A stretch of DNA of 64,000 nt, taken from the NCBI GenBank assembly GCA_043814965.1, contig JBDRJN010000003.1, forward strand, positions 1,600-65,599, in the 5' to 3' direction. The first letter of the stretch is position 1, and every line of letters begins with the position of its first letter. Of this stretch, positions 57,393 through 64,000 are shown one piece after another. The DNA comes from Candidatus Omnitrophota bacterium. Its GTDB lineage: Bacteria > Omnitrophota > Gorgyraeia > Gorgyraeales > Gorgyraeaceae. The notes under the pieces are model-generated. The model saw only the letters and a list, made by a program, of their open reading frames with translations. It had not been told where the DNA came from and searched no databases. The translations under genes and the position numbers were made by a program.

Positions 57393-59102
57393 TTAAAACA
57401 AACCTTTTATCTTCCCAGATTCATCTATGTCTACTTTTGTACCCGCGGGGACACTCGGAAGCCCTGGCATAGTACGCATCGTACCGCAAAGAGGATATAA
57501 AAACCCAGCGCCTGCTGAAAGCCTTATATCTCTTACAGGCAAAGTAAACCCTTCGGGCCTTGCTTTAAGTTTTGGGTCGTGGGACAGAGAAAGGTGTGTC
57601 TTTGCCATATTTATAGGAAGTTTATCATAGCCTAGTTTTGTATAGTAGGCTATTTTTTTATTAGCCTCTTCGGAATACTCCACGTCTTTTGCCCCATAGA
57701 TCTTCTTTGCAATGGCCTCTATTTTTTCCTTTATAGGAATATCTAATTCGTATAAAAATTTAAAATTGGACTTTTCTTCGCACATCCTTACGACTGACTC
57801 TGCCAGGGCCTTGCCGCCTTCACCGCCTTTTTCCCACACTTCACTCAATACCACGTCATACGCGCCAGCTTTTTTGGCTACGTCTCTTATGATGTCTATC
57901 TCTTTTTCAGTATCGTATAAGAACCTATTTATAGCTACGACTACCGGGACACCAAAAGACTTCATATTCTCTATATGTTTTGCAAGATTACCAGAACCCT
58001 TTATTACAGCTTCGACATTTTCTTTTTTGATGAGGTTTTCGTCTAAAGCCCTGCCTGGGATCGCCTCAAAACCGCCTCCGTGCATCTTTAAGGCCTTGAC
58101 AGTACATACAAGCACTATCCCGTCAGGCGGTTTAAGCCCTTCAGCCCTGCATTTTATATCCAGGAACTTTTCAGCCCCGCAATCAGCTCCAAAACCGCTT
58201 TCTGTGACTACATAATCAGCTAGTTTCAGCGCTATCAGGTCTGCCAACACTGAATTATTGCCATGAGCGATGTTGGCAAAAGGCCCTGCATGCATAATGC
58301 AAGGAGTATTCTCCGTTGTCTGGACAAGATTAGGCTTTAAGGCATCCTTTAAAAGCACTGTCATGGCACCAGCGCATTGTACATCCTCAGCTGTTATGAT
58401 CGCGCCGTCCTTACTGGAAGCTATTACCATCATTCCAAGCCTTTTTCTGAGGTCTTTGAGAGAAGTAGCAAGGGCTAATATAGCCATTACCTCGCTCGCG
58501 ACAGTTATATCAAAGCCAGTCTCTCTTTCTATGCCGTTTTCCGGGCCTCCAAGGCCTATCTTTATTTGTCTCAATGCCCTATCACTTATATCTACCACTC
58601 TTCTAGTGATTATCGTATCAGGATCTATGTTTAATTTATTGCCTTTCATGAGATGATTGTCTATAAAAGCTGCCAATAGATTATTCGCAGCGCCTACTGC
58701 ATGTATATCTCCTGTAAAGTGAAGATTTATGTCTTCCATCGGAAGGACTTGAGAATATCCTCCTCCGGCTGCGCCTCCCTTGATACCAAACACAGGGCCC
58801 ATAGATGGCTGCCTTAATGTAGTTATGATCTTTTTGCCTATCTTTGCCAGCCCCAGGCTTAGGCCTATAGTAGTGACGGTCTTCCCTTCCCCGAGAGGAG
58901 TTGGAGTTATGGCAGTCACATCTATATATTTACCTTGTTTTCTATCTTTGAGGCGGCCTAGTATGGAAAGGGTTATCTTGGCTTTATAGTTTCCGTATAG
59001 CTCTAATTCGTCTTCTTTTATTCCTATATCACTTGCGATCTCCGTTATGTGCCTTAATTTTGCGCTTTGGGCTATTTCGAGGTCACTAGGTACTTTTTTC
59101 AA
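57393..59102 (-). CDS. fhs: Formate--tetrahydrofolate ligase
   Basis: 569 aa with FTHFS motifs (TPTPLGEGKTTT, GFDITVASE). Confidence 0.9.
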   Translation of the reverse strand: MKKVPSDLEIAQSAKLRHITEIASDIGIKEDELELYGNYKAKITLSILGRLKDRKQGKYIDVTAITPTPLGEGKTVTTIGLSLGLAKIGKKIITTLRQPSMGPVFGIKGGAAGGGYSQVLPMEDINLHFTGDIHAVGAANNLLAAFIDNHLMKGNKLNIDPDTIITRRVVDISDRALRQIKIGLGGPENGIERETGFDITVASEVMAILALATSLKDLRKRLGMMVIASSKDGAIITAEDVQCAGAMTVLLKDALKPNLVQTTENTPCIMHAGPFANIAHGNNSVLADLIALKLADYVVTESGFGADCGAEKFLDIKCRAEGLKPPDGIVLVCTVKALKMHGGGFEAIPGRALDENLIKKENVEAVIKGSGNLAKHIENMKSFGVPVVVAINRFLYDTEKEIDIIRDVAKKAGAYDVVLSEVWEKGGEGGKALAESVVRMCEEKSNFKFLYELDIPIKEKIEAIAKKIYGAKDVEYSEEANKKIAYYTKLGYDKLPINMAKTHLSLSHDPKLKARPEGFTLPVRDIRLSAGAGFLYPLCGTMRTMPGLPSVPAGTKVDIDESGKIKGLF

Positions 59103-59123
59103 CTCAACACCTCCGTTGTCCTA

Positions 59124-59495
59124 TCAACATGTCATCTGGAAAGCATTCTTGATCAAGTTTATTTTTGGTGAAGCGCTATTTATGCCGAGCACAGCAACAA
59201 CATCAAACCTGCAGGGTTTGTCCTCCATTTTCTTATTCTTTATATAAAAAAGAGCCGCTCTTATAAGCTTTGAGCGTTTTTTTATGTCTATGGATTCTTC
59301 CGGAGACCCAAATCTAGTGTTCTCCCTGGAACGTACCTCTATAAAAGAACAGTACCTCCCATCCATACCTATTATATCTATTTCTCCCAGCTTTGTCTTA
59401 TAATTTTTTTCTAATATCTTATAACCCTGCTTTTTTAAATAACCCAGGGCTAGTTCTTCTCCTTTTTTGCCGGACTCTTTCCTGGAAAGGTTCAT
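59124..59495 (-). CDS. yraN: YraN-family endonuclease (UPF0102)
   Basis: KKGEELA...GEIDIIG...RFDVV pattern, 123 aa. Confidence 0.75.
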   Translation of the reverse strand: MNLSRKESGKKGEELALGYLKKQGYKILEKNYKTKLGEIDIIGMDGRYCSFIEVRSRENTRFGSPEESIDIKKRSKLIRAALFYIKNKKMEDKPCRFDVVAVLGINSASPKINLIKNAFQMTC

Positions 59496-60152
59496 ACATA
59501 TCTTATAGGCGCGAAAGATCTCCTATGTATAGGGCAAGGCCCGAATCTCTTTATTGCCCCTAGGTGAAGCCTTGTGCCGTATCCTTTGTGTTTTGAAAAT
59601 CCATACTCAGGAAACAGCTTGTCATATAAAAGCATCATATTGTCTCTTATAGTCTTTGCTATGATGCTGGCTGATGCGATAGAAAGACTTTTTGAATCCC
59701 CTTTCACGATAGAGATAGTCTTGTATGGCAAACCCAGGTCGAGCTTGCCGTCTACGAGTACGCATATATTTTTTCTGATTTTTTTTTTCATCTAGATCGT
59801 GGAGCCTGCAGTATTTTCTTAGAAGGGCCTTTAATGCCTTTTTCATAGCTAGGAGCGTGGCCTGGTATATATTATGTTTATCTATGATCTTCTCATCTTT
59901 TAGTCCGATAGCAAACAGTGTCTTTCCTGACAGTTCTAAGAACGCCTTTTTTCTCTGACCCTCGCTCAGCTTCTTGGAGTCATCCAGCCTTGATCTGTAT
60001 TTCGGAAAAGAAAATCTTTTTTTCAAAGGATATGGGTTCAAAAGACAGGCACAGGCAACTACAGGGCCAGCCAATGGGCCGCGTCCAACCTCGTCTATGC
60101 CTATTATTATATTATATCCCTTAAGAAACGCCTCCTTCTCCCAAAGAAGCAT
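59492..60152 (-). pseudogene. rnhB: Ribonuclease HII interrupted by a frameshift in a 10-nt homopolymer (59779-59788)
   Basis: N-terminal ORF (59622-60203) carries GIDEVGRGPLAGPVV...DSKKLS. C-terminal ORF (59492-59791) carries VDGKLDLG...[17 protein letters not shown]. Removing one A from the A10 run on the coding strand gives continuous ...[18 protein letters not shown].... Confidence 0.7.
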
Positions 60153-60510
60153 CTTCTTTTGGCTCAGACGTTCTTTTTTCTTCGATCTTAGTATCTTTAC
60201 CAATCTTTCCCTTCAGGTAATAGAGCTTTGCTTTCTTTACCTTGCCTTTTTTTAGGACCTTGACAGAATCTACGAGAGGAGAGTGCAATTGAAAGACCCT
60301 TTCGATCCCCTCCCCATATGATATACGGCGTACTGTAAAAGTCTCTCTCATCCCGGAGCCTCTTTTAGCGATAACAGTACCCTCGTATCCCTGGAGACGG
60401 GTCTTGTCGCCTTCTTTTATCTTTACAAAGACTTTTACAGTATCGCCGACATTGAAACATGGGATATCTTTTTTCATAAAATCTTTTTCTATTTCGTTGA
60501 TCTTGTTCAT
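60121..60510 (-). CDS. rplS: 50S ribosomal protein L19
   Basis: Start reassigned to the internal Met (MNKINEIEK...), which is preceded by SD AAGGGGG. VGDTVKV...RLQ.YEG L19 motifs. Confidence 0.85.
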   Translation of the reverse strand: MNKINEIEKDFMKKDIPCFNVGDTVKVFVKIKEGDKTRLQGYEGTVIAKRGSGMRETFTVRRISYGEGIERVFQLHSPLVDSVKVLKKGKVKKAKLYYLKGKIGKDTKIEEKRTSEPKEDASLGEGGVS

Positions 60511-60639
60511 CTTGTTCCCCCTTTTGTTCGTTATATAACTTTCTTTTAAAATCAAATATTAAATATTAAAAATCAAAATGCTACATATTAAGATTTAAAA
60601 TTAAAATTGCATTATAGCTGTATTTTGGATTTTGATATG
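60511..60639. repeat. AT-rich imperfect palindrome containing the shared 20-mer AAATATTAAATATTAAAAAT (element B) in the trmD-rplS spacer
   Basis: The 20-mer at 60554-60573 is identical to 37110-37129. The right half contains CATTTTGCATTTTG / ATTTTGATAT, mirroring the left half. Confidence 0.5.
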
Positions 60640-61359
60640 TCATTTTGCATTTTGGTCTTTTAATTTTAATTTATTGTTTAATAAGTCCGGCCTGTTATTT
60701 TTTGTTATCTTCAAGGATTCTTTTTTGCGCCATTTCTCTATTTTTCCATGGTCCCCTGAGATAAGCACATCCGGGACCTTCATGTCCTTATATACAGCTG
60801 GCCTTGTATATTGAGGGTATTCTAAAAGATCCCTGGAAAAAGATTCATCTTTATGAGAATCCTTGTTACCGAGAACGCCTGGTACCAGTCTTATAAGCGC
60901 GTCTATCATCACCATGGCAGGCAATTCTCCCCCGGTCAATACAAAATCTCCTATGGATATCTCTTCATCTATCAAGTACTCCCGGACCCTTTCATCAACT
61001 CCTTCATAATGGCCGCATAATAGCACTATATGCTCATATTTTGACATCTTTAAAGCTTTCTTCTGGTTGAACGTCTTTCCTTTTGGGCTCATAAGGATGA
61101 CTCTAGTCTTGAGCCTGGCGTCCTTGGTCTTTTTTCTTATATAGTTCATCGCTTCAAAAAAAGGCTCTAGATTCATTATCATGCCAGGGCCTCCGCCAAA
61201 AGGCCTGTCATCCACTTTTTTATGCTTGTCTTTTGAAAAGACCCTAAGGTCTATTACATCAATAGAGACCAATTCTTTTTCTATAGCCCTTTTTATAATA
61301 GATTCTCCCAGGATCCCATCGAACATCCCTGGAAAGATAGTGACTACGTCTATTTGCAT
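60640..61359 (-). CDS. trmD: tRNA (guanine37-N1)-methyltransferase
   Basis: 239 aa with SPOUT/TrmD motifs (DDRPFGGGPGM, LLCGHYEGVDER). Confidence 0.9.
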   Translation of the reverse strand: MQIDVVTIFPGMFDGILGESIIKRAIEKELVSIDVIDLRVFSKDKHKKVDDRPFGGGPGMIMNLEPFFEAMNYIRKKTKDARLKTRVILMSPKGKTFNQKKALKMSKYEHIVLLCGHYEGVDERVREYLIDEEISIGDFVLTGGELPAMVMIDALIRLVPGVLGNKDSHKDESFSRDLLEYPQYTRPAVYKDMKVPDVLISGDHGKIEKWRKKESLKITKNNRPDLLNNKLKLKDQNAK

Positions 61360-61423
61360 AGTTTGACCCGCTTATTTTTCATAGCTATCCCTTGATATCT
61401 ATGAATTGTGTAATATAACCTAA

Positions 61424-61666
61424 TTAAATAACGCCCTGTTTTTTTAAGATCACTCTTACTGTCTCAGATGGTGTCGCACCGTTAGATATCCAATATTTAG
61501 CCCTATCTTTATCCAGGGTCAAAAAAGTGGGTGTCCTTGACGGGTCATAACTACCTATCTCCTCTATTGTCTTACCGTCCCTAGGGCTTTTTTTATTACA
61601 GACTACGATCCTGCAATGAGGTTTTTTCTTTGTCCCAAATCTTTTCAATCTTATCCTTACTGACAT
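61424..61666 (-). CDS. rpsP: 30S ribosomal protein S16
   Basis: MSVRIRLKRFGTKKKPHCRIVV, 80 aa. Confidence 0.9.
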   Translation of the reverse strand: MSVRIRLKRFGTKKKPHCRIVVCNKKSPRDGKTIEEIGSYDPSRTPTFLTLDKDRAKYWISNGATPSETVRVILKKQGVI

Positions 61667-61713
61667 TTGTTCCTCCTTGTTTTTTATCGAACGAAGTATG
61701 TTTATATACTCCT

Positions 61714-62979
61714 TTATTCTTCTTTTTCCCGTCTTATCTTAGCGCCCAGGGCTTCTAATTTTTCTTTTATCTTATGATAGCCCCTATCTATATGATATAT
61801 CCTTGATATCTCGGTCTCGCCCTTGCCTACAAGGCCTGCCAAGATCAATGCTGCGCTGGCCCTTAAGTCTGATGCCATGACAGGAGCGCCGCTCAGTCTT
61901 AATACGCCTTTTACTATAGCCCTGGGGCGTTCGATCATTATCTCTGCCCCCATCCTGGCCAGTTCACTGACATGCATGAACCTCTCTGGATATATCTTTT
62001 CTGTTATTACGCTTATACCTTTTGTTATGCTCATCAATACCATCATCTGAGCCTGCATATCTGTTGGAAATCCAGGATACGGCAGTGTCGTGACATCAAC
62101 CGGCCTTAAAGACCTTACATTTTTCACGTGCAGGCCTTCTTTTACTTTCGTGATCTTCACGCCTGCATTATCCAGCTTATCTATCAAGGCCCCTAAATGA
62201 TCGATAGAGGCATGTTTTACCATCAGGTCTCCTCCTGTTATAGCAGATGCTATCATAAAAGTACCCGCCTCTATCCTGTCATATATAATAGAATAATCTG
62301 TTCCATGGAGATGCTTTACGCCTTCTATTTCAATAACAGGTGTCCCATGCCCTTTTATCTTAGCCCCCATCTTTATAAGGAACTTTGCAAGGTCATCTAT
62401 CTCTGGTTCGCATGCTGCATTTTCAATAACAGTAGTCCCTTTAGCTAATGTCGATGCCATCATGACATTTGCTGTTGCGAGCACGCTTGAACCAAAATTC
62501 CCTCCAAGATATATCCTTCCCCCTTTAAGCTGTTTTGCGGAAGCGATGATATAACCATGCTCTATTTTTATATCAGCTCCTATAGCCCGCAGCCCCTTGA
62601 TGTGAAGATCTATAGGCCTAGAGCCTATTACGCATCCTCCTGGCATAGAAACCTCAGCATGTTTTAGTTTGGCAAGGATCGGGCCAAGTACGCATACAGA
62701 AGCTCTCATAGTGCTTACTAATTTATAAGGCGCTTGGTATCCTGTGTAACCTCTGGGCTCAACAGTCACTACATTATCTTCCATGTTCACTTTAACTCCC
62801 AATACACGCATTATCCTAAGCATGGTATATACATCCCTTAAGGGAGGGACATTCCTGATAATGCTTTTGGAATCCGTAAGGAGCGTAGCAGCCAAAATAG
62901 GCAAAGCCGCGTTCTTTGAACCGCTAAGCTCGACCGTGCCTTTTAATTTTACGCCGCCCTCTATTATAAACCTATCCAT
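61714..62979 (-). CDS. murA: UDP-N-acetylglucosamine 1-carboxyvinyltransferase
   Basis: 421 aa with the EPSP-synthase fold and MurA motifs (KLKGTVELSGSKNAALPILAA). Confidence 0.9.
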   Translation of the reverse strand: MDRFIIEGGVKLKGTVELSGSKNAALPILAATLLTDSKSIIRNVPPLRDVYTMLRIMRVLGVKVNMEDNVVTVEPRGYTGYQAPYKLVSTMRASVCVLGPILAKLKHAEVSMPGGCVIGSRPIDLHIKGLRAIGADIKIEHGYIIASAKQLKGGRIYLGGNFGSSVLATANVMMASTLAKGTTVIENAACEPEIDDLAKFLIKMGAKIKGHGTPVIEIEGVKHLHGTDYSIIYDRIEAGTFMIASAITGGDLMVKHASIDHLGALIDKLDNAGVKITKVKEGLHVKNVRSLRPVDVTTLPYPGFPTDMQAQMMVLMSITKGISVITEKIYPERFMHVSELARMGAEIMIERPRAIVKGVLRLSGAPVMASDLRASAALILAGLVGKGETEISRIYHIDRGYHKIKEKLEALGAKIRREKEE

Positions 62980-63791
62980 ACTACCCTCTCTATGCCTTGA
63001 AAATCTTTTTTTGTTCTTTTGATCTTATATGACCATTGCTTAAATATGTCTTCTATATATAATAATTGATCTTTACCTATTTCCAGGACTAAAGAACCTT
63101 TTTCCCCTAGATATCTACGGCTATTCTGCGCTAAGTACCTATAGAACATAAGCCCATCTTCTCCTCCATCCAAAGCAGGTTTTGGCTCTTGCCTGACCTC
63201 TTCCTGCAAAAAATCCAGTTCACTGCTTTTTATGTAAGGGGGGTTGCACACTATTATATCAAATTTATTATTTTTATCAAATGATAAAGCTTTAAAAAGG
63301 TCGCCTACATAAAATTTTATTTTTTCTTCTACATGATGCGTGACAGCATTTCTACGCGCTATATTTATTGCCTTATCTGATATGTCAGTTGCGGATATCG
63401 ATATATCCGGCAAAGCCAATGCCAGGCTGACAGCTATATTACCTGAACCTGTGCATAGGTCTAAAATATTAGCCGTGAACCGTGAGCCGTGAATCGTGAG
63501 TATCTCGGTGACCAGGAGCTCTGTCTCAGGCCTTGGTATAAGAACATCCTCGTTGACAAAGAAGTCTCTTTCCATAAATCTAGCTGATCTTGTTATATGC
63601 TGTAACGGCACTCTCTTTAGAAGTCTCTTTATCGAGACATCATAGCTGGATTCTATATCTTCGGTTATCTCTATATTCTTTACAAAAAGGTCTTTTCTTT
63701 TGCAATTTAGAATATCTGCTAGTATAAGCTCTTTTTCTATAGCTGCGGGAGACCCTGTATATTTATTTAAAAGCTGTATAGTGTTTTTCAT
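62964..63791 (-). CDS. prmC: Release factor glutamine N5-methyltransferase (HemK/PrmC)
   Basis: IVCNPPY motif and a SAM-binding DLCTGSG. 275 aa. Confidence 0.85.
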   Translation of the reverse strand: MKNTIQLLNKYTGSPAAIEKELILADILNCKRKDLFVKNIEITEDIESSYDVSIKRLLKRVPLQHITRSARFMERDFFVNEDVLIPRPETELLVTEILTIHGSRFTANILDLCTGSGNIAVSLALALPDISISATDISDKAINIARRNAVTHHVEEKIKFYVGDLFKALSFDKNNKFDIIVCNPPYIKSSELDFLQEEVRQEPKPALDGGEDGLMFYRYLAQNSRRYLGEKGSLVLEIGKDQLLYIEDIFKQWSYKIKRTKKDFQGIERVVWIGL

Positions 63792-64000
63792 TTTTCTTTA
63801 CCAAGCTTCAGTCTTTTTTCAGCCTGCATCAAGGCCTCCAGGATCTCGCCCAGCTCTCCCTCGATAACCCTGTCAAGTTTATGTATAGTAAAGCCTATTC
63901 TATGATCTGTTATGCGCCTATCCGGAAAATTATATGTACGTATCTTTTCGCTGCGGTCTCCAGAGCCGACCTGCTTTTTCCTGTCACTTGCCTGTTTTTT
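63788..64000 (-). CDS. prfA: Peptide chain release factor 1 (C-terminal part; N-terminus beyond window end)
   Basis: My translation of the minus strand: ...[59 protein letters not shown]. This is the RF1 C-terminus. There is a 4-nt ATGA overlap with prmC. Confidence 0.8.
   Translation of the reverse strand, partial: KKQASDRKKQVGSGDRSEKIRTYNFPDRRITDHRIGFTIHKLDRVIEGELGEILEALMQAEKRLKLGKEK

Overview
The window is a low-GC (~38-40%), gene-dense bacterial chromosomal segment in which essentially every credible gene (about 75 CDS plus one tRNA) is on the minus strand. The plus-strand ORFs in the supplied track are antisense shadows of recognisable minus-strand genes. The content is housekeeping plus anaerobic C1 metabolism:

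- A Wood-Ljungdahl cluster at 46.4-59.1 kb: fhs, fchA, folD, metF, cooC, cooS/acsA, a cooF-like ferredoxin, an FAD/NAD oxidoreductase, acsB and acsC.
- A physically separate second part of that cluster at 26.9-31.5 kb: the RACo corrinoid activator, acsF/cooC, acsD and acsE.
- Between and around these: aroB, aroQ, pepP-efp, accBC, pfk, gmhA-rfaE2, thiC, trpBA, lepA-lepB, rpe, pgm/pmm, manC, ruvX, dinG, plsY, pgsA, rpsU, tatA, rpsP-trmD-rplS, murA, prmC and partial prfA.
- A tRNA-Gly(CCC).

I did not find a recognisable novel multi-gene protein system such as a defence island, prophage or CRISPR array. The unusual signal is in the non-coding DNA:

1. A ~150-200 nt structured repeat present twice. 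Each copy is closed by its own 24-25 bp terminal inverted repeat, and the arms co-vary between copies.
2. A family of 26-nt GTAG...TTAA...CTAC palindromic hairpins with compensatory stem changes. One of them is inserted into copy 2 of the larger repeat.
3. Telomere-like GGGTTA(C) G-tract clusters in three intercistronic spacers.
4. A shared AT-rich palindromic element upstream of pgm and rplS.
5. A duplicated tRNA-Gly 3' end that looks like a site-specific recombination scar.
6. Direct and inverted repeats flanking acsC.
7. A ~700-nt ORF-free structured region between lepB and a small retropepsin-like gene pair.

Also notable: rnhB is split by a frameshift in a 10-nt homopolymer, rpe carries an in-frame insertion built on a 4x heptanucleotide repeat, and the GAF/HD-GYP protein has His->Pro in its HD motif. 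Three small genes below the 60-aa ORF-track cutoff were recovered by eye: rpsU, tatA and a Trm112-like ORF.
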